Source: an uncultured Bacteroides sp. (GTDB taxonomy: Bacteria; Bacteroidota; Bacteroidia; Bacteroidales; GCA-2748055). From it: a DNA stretch of 64,000 nucleotides. Where the stretch lies: contig CAYXUD010000042.1 of assembly GCA_964467775.1 (NCBI GenBank), positions 19,172 to 83,171 on the forward strand. The letters run 5' to 3'. Each line of letters starts with the position of its first letter. Position 1 is the stretch's first letter. The position numbers and the translations under genes are program-made. The notes beneath the pieces were generated by a model. That model did not search any database. It was given only the letters and a program-made list of their open reading frames with translations, and had not been told where the DNA came from. Positions 42,616-51,346 of the stretch are shown one piece after another.

Positions 42616-45257
42616 AATGGTTGGATTTGTTGATGGGTCTGCCTGTAAGATATGATTATTTTATCAGCAGGAGACAGGCTTACCATATCATCGAAGACAA
42701 TGGTGCCCTCCTCCTCATTCAGGGTGAACCGCAGGGGTATATTGCCATGGAGAACACCGGAGGGGCCCTTTATGCCGGATCTCCCGATGGAGAGCTCTTT
42801 CAGATCCAGCGTCCCGTAATCCAGTTCAAGCACGGCCCCGGACCGGTTCTGAAGGAAATTCCCCCAGCCGGTGCCGCAGGACCAGAAGGTGCTGAACCGG
42901 TCCTGGCCGATGGCCGGGTCAAATGCCATGGAGTGCCGGCTCCCGTCATACCGGAAGCCTGAGAGGGCCAGCAGCACGGACCAGCTGGAGAGTGCCCTTG
43001 CATAGTAGAATCCCGATTCGATCTCCGCATAGGGATTCCTGTTGTAGCCTGCATACCTCTTCCTGACCGCCTCCACCACCTCCACTCCTTCCTCCACAAG
43101 CCCGGCCCAGATCAGGGAGGCGGCCACCTGGTACTCCACACCGGTCCATGTCTCATCGGCGTATGGAAACGGAATCAGCTCCCTATTCCCTTCAGGCCAT
43201 GTACAGAGCACCAGTCCGCCCTCCCGGTTCAGGGCATACACCCGCTGGACGTTCTGGAAACCGGAAAAGTCAGGAATGAAATTATTCGTAAAGATGGCCT
43301 CCAGGCAGGTTTTCACCCTTGCCGGGTCAAGGATATACCCCATCCCGCTGTTGAAGGCCAGGTACTGGCCCAGCAGCTGGTCTGAAAGGCACCCGTTCCC
43401 GTACTGGTATTTCTCATGGCCCTCTTCGATATGCTGCACATACCAGGAGCCGTTCCAGAGCAGTGAATCGTAGGCTGCCCTGCCCGAAGCATAGACCTCA
43501 AGGTACATTTCCGACGCCCCGTCGCCAAGGTAGTCAGCCATCTCCGAACAGGCCTTCAGCGCACCCAGGTAGAGCCCCCCGGTCAGCATGTTGGGGCCAT
43601 AAAAATCGATGTCGTAGGTATTGTGCTGTCTCCCGGTCAGCACCCCCTTCCTTTCCGGGTCCCAGGGTTCGTAACTTCTGGTCCACCCCCCCTCCCTGCT
43701 CTCCCGCTTGGGACCGTGCCATGCATATTCAATGCACCTTTTCACCGATGGCCACAGCCGTGCAAGCCAGAGGCTGTCGCCGCTGAACTTCCACTCCCGG
43801 TAAACGCGCATGATGTTCCCCATCTGCCCGTCGGCTGCAACATTCCTGAAGTGGTGATCCCCGATGGGAAAGGTGGTCCTGAAACACTGGTACCCGCTTT
43901 CAAATGTCTGGGTCAGGCAGGCCGTCTCACGGATGTTCCTCTCCAGGGAGGGGAAGAGGCTGGCCATGGTCTGCGCATAATTCCAGACATGGGTGCAGTT
44001 GCCCGGGCAACAGCCGAAATCGGGTCCCAGGCCTTCGTACCCGTGAACATCCCCGTTCTCCATCCGGCCAAGCAGGTTCGATTTCAGGGAGGCCAGGTTG
44101 GAAAGAAGGGCATCATGCACCGGGAGCGGCACCGAGGTGGCGGTCATCCGGTCAAAAAATCTCTCACTGAGCCGTTTCAGGGAGTCCCTGGCGGAAAGAT
44201 AGCCCGCGAGCACATCCCTGGCATCCTCAAACCTTGTGGCATAATAGTTACTGGTCTGGTGGCCCGTCAATTCATCTGCACCGAATGCCTGGCTGGCCTC
44301 CAGCACCCGGTTGGGCACATACCAAGTGAAATAGAAGGGGATGGTCACCGATTGGCCCGGTTCGATGGTCCTGTGGACCAGCAGGGTGGCAACCACTTCA
44401 CCCCGTCCCCCGGCTGTGCAGGGTTCAGCCTGCCGGGTGACCGATCCATTTTCGGAGAACTCCCCCCACAGGATATGTGCATCATCCCACCATCCCTCTG
44501 CAACAAGTCCCGTCTGCAGTGTGACACTGTCACACCCGGCAGCCACCACCATATTCCCGAAATCAGGATGGCCGGGATCGATCAGGCTTTCCATATAGAT
44601 CCCCTTTGTCCCTCCGACCGATACCCCGCTGTTCCTCACGGGATGACCGGGTTTACGGGACCTGTAGTTCAGGTTTTTGAAAGGATTGGCGATGGTGAGC
44701 GCCAGGGAGAAGGTGACAGCTCCGTCACCCGGGTTGGTGAGTATCCAGCTGAACTCCCCCAGGGGCATGCTGCTGGCATCCACATCCAGTGGTACCAGGG
44801 GATTGAAACACTCCAGGCGGATCTCCAGGGGGACCCTGCTGTCCTGAAAATCGATCCCGACAGCCGGGGGGGCTCCCGACCAGGTGGCCTCCCTGAACCG
44901 GGGCAGGCCGGCAAGCTGCTGGCGCGGGACCCCGAACCCGTTGGTGAAATTGTCGAAATACTGCCGCTCAAGGACCATCGCCCCGGGATCCTCTCCCTCT
45001 TCCCGGTACCAGATGGAGAAGAGGGTCATGTAGGGGGGCAGTTCATCTCTCTGCGCCCTGTTGAAGATCTCAAACTCCAGGATATTCCCCCTGCCACCGA
45101 GCAGGATGTTGCCGGTACCGATGCCCCCCAGGGGATAGAAGATATTGCGCAGGGCCTCGCCGGTATATTCCGGCATGGCAGGTGGGACATCCGTTCCCGG
45201 CTGCCTGCAGCCGATGGATCCCGTGAGGACCACCAGTAGAATCAGTGCCTTTTTCAT
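42612..45257 (-). CDS. GH116-family glycoside hydrolase (GBA2-type beta-glycosidase), copy 1, lipoprotein
   Basis: 881-aa ORF. Lipobox: LTGSIGCRQ. GH116 N-terminal block: FYPLGGIGTGNILLGGRGNILEFEIFN. Catalytic-domain block: LGPDFGCCPGNCTHVWNYAQTMASLFPSLERNIRE. Confidence 0.8.
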   Translation of the reverse strand: MKKALILLVVLTGSIGCRQPGTDVPPAMPEYTGEALRNIFYPLGGIGTGNILLGGRGNILEFEIFNRAQRDELPPYMTLFSIWYREEGEDPGAMVLERQYFDNFTNGFGVPRQQLAGLPRFREATWSGAPPAVGIDFQDSRVPLEIRLECFNPLVPLDVDASSMPLGEFSWILTNPGDGAVTFSLALTIANPFKNLNYRSRKPGHPVRNSGVSVGGTKGIYMESLIDPGHPDFGNMVVAAGCDSVTLQTGLVAEGWWDDAHILWGEFSENGSVTRQAEPCTAGGRGEVVATLLVHRTIEPGQSVTIPFYFTWYVPNRVLEASQAFGADELTGHQTSNYYATRFEDARDVLAGYLSARDSLKRLSERFFDRMTATSVPLPVHDALLSNLASLKSNLLGRMENGDVHGYEGLGPDFGCCPGNCTHVWNYAQTMASLFPSLERNIRETACLTQTFESGYQCFRTTFPIGDHHFRNVAADGQMGNIMRVYREWKFSGDSLWLARLWPSVKRCIEYAWHGPKRESREGGWTRSYEPWDPERKGVLTGRQHNTYDIDFYGPNMLTGGLYLGALKACSEMADYLGDGASEMYLEVYASGRAAYDSLLWNGSWYVQHIEEGHEKYQYGNGCLSDQLLGQYLAFNSGMGYILDPARVKTCLEAIFTNNFIPDFSGFQNVQRVYALNREGGLVLCTWPEGNRELIPFPYADETWTGVEYQVAASLIWAGLVEEGVEVVEAVRKRYAGYNRNPYAEIESGFYYARALSSWSVLLALSGFRYDGSRHSMAFDPAIGQDRFSTFWSCGTGWGNFLQNRSGAVLELDYGTLDLKELSIGRSGIKGPSGVLHGNIPLRFTLNEEEGTIVFDDMVSLSPADKIIISYRQTHQQIQPL

Positions 45258-45261
45258 TGGG

Positions 45262-46914
45262 TCAGTTCTTATCCGGGATCACCAGCTCCGCGATATGGCT
45301 CTCCCTGAAGCCGATCCTGTGGGCAAGTGCCGTGACCGTTGTGCCCGGTGCCGCCTCAAAGGGCCCGGTATAGAGGAACCAGTGGTTGTCACTGTATCCC
45401 CGGTGGTCCAGCTGGTAAACCAGGGAAGCCCCCCCGGTCTCACATGACAGGTTCACCCGGCCATCCCTGAGGGAGATCACGGGGATGGCCGTTTCAGGCT
45501 GGATCCCCCCTGGCCACATGCTCAGCATCAACTCCTTTTCCGTACCATATTTCACTCCCTTGTCATCAATCTCCCCGATCCACCTGTCCAGCGCACCGGA
45601 CAGCCGTTCCCTGACCTCCCTGAACTCCGGGTCCGGTGCCAGGTTCTTCAGCTCCCAGGGGTCACGCTGCAGGTCGTACAGCTCCTCCGCCTCCTTCTCT
45701 CTCCTGAACCAGTACCGCTGGGCATCATCAAGGGTTCCGGCATCCCGCCCCTTCAGCAGCTCCTGCATGATTTTCATCTGCTTGCGGAATCCGAGGTCCA
45801 TGTAGGCACCCAGGTCAGGCCGGTAATTCCTGATGTACCTGTAACGGTCATCCCTGACCGCCCTGCGGCAGTCGAACCACTCATCCATCCGGTCCCTGGC
45901 ACCGAAAACATACTCCCTGGGGGCAGCCTTCTGTTCACCCATAAAAGGCCGGCCATGCATGTATCCCGGGACATCCACACCGGCAAGGGAGAGGATCGTT
46001 GCGGGGATGTCCACGAAGCTGCAGAGCTCATCCGCCACGGTTCCGGCCTCCTGCCTGCCCGGCAGGCGGACGATGAACGGGACCAGTGTACCCGTTTCCA
46101 GGATCTCCCTCTTGCCCCGGGGAAGCGGCCCCCCGTTGTCCGAGTAGAATATGATGATGGTGCTCTCCAGCAGGCCATCCTCCTCCAGCTGGGCAATGAC
46201 CTCCCCCACCTCCCGGTCCATGATGGTGTTGTTGCTGTGCATCCTGGCGATATCCCTCCGGACCAGCGGTGTGTCGGGGTAATAGGGGGGCACCTCCACG
46301 CTGTCGGGATGGATGATCCAGGGCTCCTGCTCCCAGGCCCAGACCTGGGATTCATGGCTGCGGATAAGATTGAATACCGCAAAGAAGGGCTTCCCGTCAG
46401 GCCTGTTCCGCCAGTGTGCCATACGGCTCGATTCGTCCCACGCGGAGCGGGGGGCCCTGAACTGGTAATCCTCCTTGTCATTGTTGGTGCAATAGTATCC
46501 CGCTTCCCTCAGATACTCGGTAAAGCATCTGACGTAAGGGGGCGGTGTGCATTCATAGGGCGGTATCTGCAGCGAGTCCGGCACATTTTCAACCCTCCTG
46601 CTGTTTCCGGTGCGCATGTTGTTGCCCCCGATGCTGCTGGGATAAATCCCCGTGATCAGCGCATTCCTGGAGGGGGCGCACACCCCGGAGACGGAGTACA
46701 TGCGGCTGAACCTGATCCCCTCTTCCGCCAGTTTGTCCAGGTTTGGGGTCAGGGCCACCGGATCGCCGTAACAGCCCAGGAAGGGGCTGATATCCTCGCA
46801 GACCAGGCAGAGTATGTTGGGCCGGACGGCCTCTTCCCTCTCCGCCGGGCGGATGCACGAAAAAAGGGCTGCCATCAGGATGGGAATGATGAAATATTTC
46901 ATGGTGTTCAGCAT
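45262..46914 (-). CDS. S1-family Cys-type sulfatase, lipoprotein
   Basis: 550-aa ORF; the alternative ATG at 46902 gives MKYFIIPILMAALFSC. Blocks: PNILCLVCEDISPFLGCYG, SGVCAPSRNALITGIYP, IIIFYSDNGGP. Confidence 0.88.
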   Translation of the reverse strand: MLNTMKYFIIPILMAALFSCIRPAEREEAVRPNILCLVCEDISPFLGCYGDPVALTPNLDKLAEEGIRFSRMYSVSGVCAPSRNALITGIYPSSIGGNNMRTGNSRRVENVPDSLQIPPYECTPPPYVRCFTEYLREAGYYCTNNDKEDYQFRAPRSAWDESSRMAHWRNRPDGKPFFAVFNLIRSHESQVWAWEQEPWIIHPDSVEVPPYYPDTPLVRRDIARMHSNNTIMDREVGEVIAQLEEDGLLESTIIIFYSDNGGPLPRGKREILETGTLVPFIVRLPGRQEAGTVADELCSFVDIPATILSLAGVDVPGYMHGRPFMGEQKAAPREYVFGARDRMDEWFDCRRAVRDDRYRYIRNYRPDLGAYMDLGFRKQMKIMQELLKGRDAGTLDDAQRYWFRREKEAEELYDLQRDPWELKNLAPDPEFREVRERLSGALDRWIGEIDDKGVKYGTEKELMLSMWPGGIQPETAIPVISLRDGRVNLSCETGGASLVYQLDHRGYSDNHWFLYTGPFEAAPGTTVTALAHRIGFRESHIAELVIPDKN

Positions 46915-46915
46915 G

Positions 46916-47536
46916 CTAATCCTCCCGGTCCCTGATGCAGCGGACCGAGAACTGGTTCGTTTTCAGGTAATACCATCCCACGTACAGGTTCCTGTATTTG
47001 GGGGGTGCCTGGTACCAGTACCCGTCGAGCTGCGCGAACCAGGCCCTCTGACCGTTGTATCCGGTGGCACTCCAGAAGAGCGCCCAGTCGCCCATGCGGT
47101 GGAACCCCTCCCCGTTCCCCGCCCCTGCCGGAAGGGCGGAAAACCCGGTTTCATTGGTACCGTCCCAGGGAACGGGATCCTCCTTCGAGGCCTTCAGCTT
47201 CTGCCCGGCATCCTCTCTTCCCAGGAATTCAGAGAGCCTTTCCCATTCATCCCTGGAAGGCAGGTGCCATCCCGCGGGGCAAACCTCAAGGGAGGCCTCC
47301 CACGTGTAGAGCCCTCCATAGGTGGAACAGTTGCCGGGATCATGGTCATAACAACTCCTTTCCCTGCCTGCGAAACCGAGGTTCTCGGCCATCCAAAGCT
47401 GCTCCCCGATCCACACGGTCTGGTAGTGCCGTCCGTCGCGGGGGTCCACCAGCTCCTCACCGGGGAGCTGGGCAGGGAGGGGGCCTGCGAAAGTCAGCAG
47501 CAGGATCATCAGACAGCCGGTGCAGCTTTTCTTCAC
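46916..47536 (-). CDS. FISUMP-domain (Fibrobacter succinogenes major paralogous domain, TIGR02145-like) secreted protein
   Basis: 206-aa ORF whose only good start is GTG at 47536, giving (M)KKSCTGCLMILLLTFAGPLPAQ. Blocks: DPRDGRHYQTVWIGEQLWMAENL, GGLYTWEA, CPAGWHLPSRDEWERL, FSVRCIRD. Confidence 0.75.
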   Translation of the reverse strand: MKKSCTGCLMILLLTFAGPLPAQLPGEELVDPRDGRHYQTVWIGEQLWMAENLGFAGRERSCYDHDPGNCSTYGGLYTWEASLEVCPAGWHLPSRDEWERLSEFLGREDAGQKLKASKEDPVPWDGTNETGFSALPAGAGNGEGFHRMGDWALFWSATGYNGQRAWFAQLDGYWYQAPPKYRNLYVGWYYLKTNQFSVRCIRDRED

Positions 47537-47548
47537 GGGTACAGGTTT

Positions 47549-48976
47549 TTATTGTTTCAACAGGGGAAAAAGGGCCGATTCAGCCCGGTTCTTCTCCATC
47601 AGCCCCAGCAGCTTCTCCACCAGCTCCGGGTGATCCCCGGCAAGGTTGATCTTCTCCCCGGTGTCATTTCCCAGGTCATAGAGTTCAAGGGTCCCGGGTG
47701 GATCCGAGATCACATCATTCCTCACCAGTTTCCACTCCCCTTTCCGGATCGCCTGCTTGCCTCCCATGGAAGGGAATTCCCAGTAAAGGTACTCATGTGA
47801 AGATTGTGCCCCCCCTATGATGGCAGGCAGGTAAGAGATCCCGTCAATCTCCGCCGGTGGTTCTGCACCTGCAATTTCGCAGGCCGTGGGGAGGAAATCC
47901 CAGAAAGCGCCCGCATGCTCTGACCGGGTTCCCGGTGCGATCCGGCCCTTCCAGGAGACGATCATGGGCACCCTGATCCCCCCTTCATACAGGTCCCGTT
48001 TGCCACCCCTGAAGGGACCGTTGGAATTGAAGAAGCCTGTGAACTCCCTGTCGGGCATGGGGCCATTGTCACTGGTGAAGAAAACCACGGTGTTCCCGGT
48101 CAGGCCGAGCTCCTCCAGGAGGTCCGTGATCCTTCCCACATCCTTGTCCAGCCTGGTGATCATGGCTGCATACCCTTTCTGCTCCCGGGGCCACTCCTCA
48201 TCCGCATAGATCCCATCATCGGGGACCTCCTGGCGTTCCCCCGGAGGTTCCTCCCCGTTGTCATGGGGGATGGTAAAGGGCAGGTAGAGAAAAAACGGCC
48301 GGTCCCTGTTCTCCCGGATGAAATTCAGTGCCTCTTCGGCCATCAGGTCATGGGAATAGGTCGATTTCCTTGTGGAGTAACTGCCGAGCCCCTTATGCCA
48401 GAGGGTCGAATCGAGGTAGTGCACTTCGTTGTCCAGGTATTCCTTTTCACCCCTCCTCCAGAGGTATTCGGGATAGTAGTTGTGGGCCAGTACCTGGTCA
48501 AGGTAGCCGTAGAAGAAATCAAATCCCTGCTTCAGCGGGTTTCCAGAATTCACCTCCACGCCCAGCCCCCATTTGCCGATCATGCCGGTGCGATACCCTG
48601 CACTTTTAAGCAGTTCGGCCACAGTGACCGCCCGGTCAGAAATGGGTTGCTGGCCATACGGCTCCGCCTGGCTGTTGCCGCGGACCTCGGCATGGCCCAT
48701 ATGATATCCGGTCATCAGGGCGCACCGTGAAGGGGCGCACACTGTATTGCCCGCATAGTGCTGCATAAACATCATCCCCCCGGCGGCAAGTTCATCGATC
48801 CGCGGGGTCCGGATCACCTCCTGCCCGTAACAGCCCAGGTCTGCATACCCCATATCATCGGCCATGATGAAGATGATGTTGGGGGTGAGATCCCCGGTTT
48901 CTGAACGCGCACAGGAAAAGCTGATGGCTGCGATCGAAACGATCGCGGATAACAGAATGAAAGGTCGTCTGATCAT
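47549..48976 (-). CDS. S1-family Cys-type sulfatase (arylsulfatase A-like), lipoprotein
   Basis: The track ORF extends to 49165. ATG 48976 gives MIRRPFILLSAIVSIAAISFSCARSE (lipobox). Blocks: PNIIFIMADDMGYADLGCYG, NTVCAPSRCALMTGYHMGH, VVFFTSDNGP. Confidence 0.88.
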   Translation of the reverse strand: MIRRPFILLSAIVSIAAISFSCARSETGDLTPNIIFIMADDMGYADLGCYGQEVIRTPRIDELAAGGMMFMQHYAGNTVCAPSRCALMTGYHMGHAEVRGNSQAEPYGQQPISDRAVTVAELLKSAGYRTGMIGKWGLGVEVNSGNPLKQGFDFFYGYLDQVLAHNYYPEYLWRRGEKEYLDNEVHYLDSTLWHKGLGSYSTRKSTYSHDLMAEEALNFIRENRDRPFFLYLPFTIPHDNGEEPPGERQEVPDDGIYADEEWPREQKGYAAMITRLDKDVGRITDLLEELGLTGNTVVFFTSDNGPMPDREFTGFFNSNGPFRGGKRDLYEGGIRVPMIVSWKGRIAPGTRSEHAGAFWDFLPTACEIAGAEPPAEIDGISYLPAIIGGAQSSHEYLYWEFPSMGGKQAIRKGEWKLVRNDVISDPPGTLELYDLGNDTGEKINLAGDHPELVEKLLGLMEKNRAESALFPLLKQ

Positions 48977-49070
48977 GAGTATCTTCAGGTTGTGTTCATA
49001 TACCTGGCCAATGTAGAACATCCCCGGCATCTGCAGGCAGACTATTTTAAGGAATGAGTAAGCTATATTA

Positions 49071-51305
49071 TCACTCCAGCATCTCTCCCAGTTCGATCTC
49101 GCCCCATGCATAGGGGGGGTCGCCTGATCCCCAGGGATCGGTGCGGCCGATCCACCGCAGTGCATTGGAGGCCTTCACCGTTCCTCCGCTGCTGTTAACC
49201 CCGGGGGGGAAGTGCTCTCCCTCATCCCGGTCATTGAACCCGGCCGTGAAGGCCAGCCGGGTCCCCGCATCTGGCTCCCCGGCCAGTCCGCCTCCGTACT
49301 CACTCCACGGAATGAACCACTCCTGGGCCTTATAGAAATAGTCCGTCTTCAGGTTTTCAATCCGGATTCCGAACAGCGCCCCGGCCTCTTCGAAAGTGTA
49401 ATAGGTGCCATAAAAATCCCACGGGTCGGAGAGGGCCCGCTTGAACCCGGTGGGCCTGGAATCCCCGGTACCGCAGGCCACCTGGTACTGGCGCGTGGTA
49501 TAGGTCAGCCCGAAACTCCAGGAGACGAACTGGTCCCTCCCTTCCGGACTGCAGATCTCCCTGACGGAACGGCTGTCGGTGAGCAGGTCCACGGCATCAA
49601 AATCAAGGTAGAACTGCTCCCTCTCCGTCCCCACATATTCGTTGGGCCATGCCACGTCATTGTCGTCGTTGATCTCCAGAAGCAGGTAGACCCCGTCAGC
49701 GCCATAGGCCGCCTTCACCACCATGTTGCAGTCATGGGTGAGCACGAAGTTGAAGGCCGCCCCTTCGGCTGCATTGGATCTTTGCATCAGGATGTTCCGG
49801 TCCCTCTCTTCATCGATCAGCTCCCAGAAATCAGAGGCTCTGTTATCCGTGGAGGAGAACTGCGCCTCCATTTCGCTGCTCAGCCCGTAGGCCACCAGGA
49901 TGCTGTCCCCCGGATCGGGTGCGGTGCAGGCGATCTCCTTGCCGGCATTCTTCGAACCAGCGTTGGTCTTTATCCCTTCAAACCGGGGCAAGGGCTTCTC
50001 GCATCTCCAGTCCAGGGCGGGATCCCTTACAAAGAAGTGCAGGGGATCGCAGGTTCTCTGGATACCCCCCTGGCCGGTGGCCAGGGCCGTCAGGCAGTAA
50101 ACCATCTCCGATCCATCAAGCGTGACGGTGATGGCCGGATCGGATCCGGCACTCACCTCGCCGAGCTTCTGTGCACCGTTGAAGAGGTCGATCTTCTCCC
50201 AGCCGGGAAACCGGGAGAGATCGCAGGCTATGGTGACCCGGTCCCCCGGGTTGGCCACCGGTCCGCCCAGGCTGAACATGGTTCCCGGATCGGTATTTGG
50301 ATTGAAGGTGCGGTCGAACTCCTTCACCTCTATTTTGATGGGATTATGATGGGTGGCCAGGCTCCGGTAGACGTAGGCCATCTCCTTGTTCAGCACCCAC
50401 CCTGCCGTCGCTTTATCTCCCCTGTAGGCTTCGTAGCTCTCCACACAGGTGAGCCCGCTGTCCCAGCCCGCCTGGTCCACCAGCCATCCCTGACCCTCCT
50501 CGATGGCCAGCAGTTTTACCTTGCCCGTGGAGGGATCTCCCTTTTCGGGATAACGCATTTTTACGGCCTGTTCCACAAGCTTCATATAGATGTCGAACGA
50601 AAAGCCATCCTCGTGCCCTTTGAGCTCCAGGGCCCAGCTCCAAAGGGCACCTTTGGCCCTTGCCTCGCTGACCAGTTTCTCCGTACGGTCGATCCCCCGC
50701 TGCCTGATCAGCGCGTCAAACTTCCCCATGATAAAGACGCCGGGAACCCTGAGCGCTTCATCAACGGGCACTTCAGGGCTGCCCCCGGCTGAAACATTGG
50801 CCACAAAGCAGATGGCCCGCTCAGGGGCATAGTTGACAAACCCGTAGGTGGCGGCCCCGCCGTTGGAACTTCCGTACATGACGAAGGGCACATTTGCCAG
50901 TTCCGGGTGGTGTCCCATGCCTGCAAAATGATCCAGCGCCCTGAAAAAGACCGCAGCCCCTTGCTCATACACCCTTCTCCCGGGGAAATTGTGCAGGCCG
51001 GCCACCGCGAAACCGAGCCGCATGGCCAGGGCACGGACATTCTCATCGCGTGCGAAGTTCCGGCTGTCCCCTCCGCCGCCGCCATGTCCGGAGATGAATA
51101 CCCCTTTTACAGGATGGATGCCGGGGGGGATCCAGAGTTTGACCATCTGATTACCCTCCGCGTCCCTGAAATCATAGTAGCACCCGTCCCAGAAGATCCG
51201 GTCCCCGTTTTCAAGTGTTATTATCTCTCCGCGTGCCGCTCCGGTGAGGGCAACCAGCAGGATGATCAGGATGGTGACCGGTTTCAGAGTTCTTGTTGGT
51301 TTCAT
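49071..51305 (-). CDS. Secreted alpha/beta-hydrolase esterase with a C-terminal CBM9-like domain
   Basis: 744-aa ORF with a signal peptide. Blocks: VFISGHGGGGGDSRNF and nucleophile-elbow-like FVMYGSSNGGAATYG. C-terminal block: VVKAAYGADGVYLLLEINDDNDVAWPNEYVGTEREQFYLDFDAVDLL and AFTAGFNDRDEGE. Confidence 0.6.
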   Translation of the reverse strand: MKPTRTLKPVTILIILLVALTGAARGEIITLENGDRIFWDGCYYDFRDAEGNQMVKLWIPPGIHPVKGVFISGHGGGGGDSRNFARDENVRALAMRLGFAVAGLHNFPGRRVYEQGAAVFFRALDHFAGMGHHPELANVPFVMYGSSNGGAATYGFVNYAPERAICFVANVSAGGSPEVPVDEALRVPGVFIMGKFDALIRQRGIDRTEKLVSEARAKGALWSWALELKGHEDGFSFDIYMKLVEQAVKMRYPEKGDPSTGKVKLLAIEEGQGWLVDQAGWDSGLTCVESYEAYRGDKATAGWVLNKEMAYVYRSLATHHNPIKIEVKEFDRTFNPNTDPGTMFSLGGPVANPGDRVTIACDLSRFPGWEKIDLFNGAQKLGEVSAGSDPAITVTLDGSEMVYCLTALATGQGGIQRTCDPLHFFVRDPALDWRCEKPLPRFEGIKTNAGSKNAGKEIACTAPDPGDSILVAYGLSSEMEAQFSSTDNRASDFWELIDEERDRNILMQRSNAAEGAAFNFVLTHDCNMVVKAAYGADGVYLLLEINDDNDVAWPNEYVGTEREQFYLDFDAVDLLTDSRSVREICSPEGRDQFVSWSFGLTYTTRQYQVACGTGDSRPTGFKRALSDPWDFYGTYYTFEEAGALFGIRIENLKTDYFYKAQEWFIPWSEYGGGLAGEPDAGTRLAFTAGFNDRDEGEHFPPGVNSSGGTVKASNALRWIGRTDPWGSGDPPYAWGEIELGEMLE

Positions 51306-51346
51306 GGTGTTCTGTTTAATGATTAAGTCAAGTGTATTTTAGATCA

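Noticed and set aside
40135-45239. 724-aa (40135-42309) and 538-aa (43623-45239) plus-strand ORFs
   Set aside because: They are antisense to the GH78 and GH116 genes, whose translations carry unambiguous family motifs. The antisense products are Pro/Gly/His/Arg-rich and have no signal peptides or domains. The same reasoning applies to 49212-50792, 45955-46935, 25630-26535, 32299-33306, 37907-38758 and 14067-14855.
28484-47536. Diversity-generating retroelement or phase-variation idea (near-identical repeats plus a lectin-like FISUMP protein)
   Set aside because: No reverse transcriptase, no template/variable repeat pair with adenine-specific differences, and no invertase or inverted-repeat-flanked promoter are visible. 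The repeats are in-frame domain duplications.
48977-49165. 5' extensions and non-ATG starts of several track ORFs
   Set aside because: The affected starts are 49165, 56197, 58221, 60781, 23774, 8692, 31816, the TTG starts at 15284/19217/31096, and the GTG start at 39889. The extensions overlap neighbouring genes or intergenic AT-rich DNA and precede an internal ATG that yields a proper signal, lipoprotein or TAT peptide. I verified each chosen ATG in the DNA. For 47536, GTG was kept because no better start exists.
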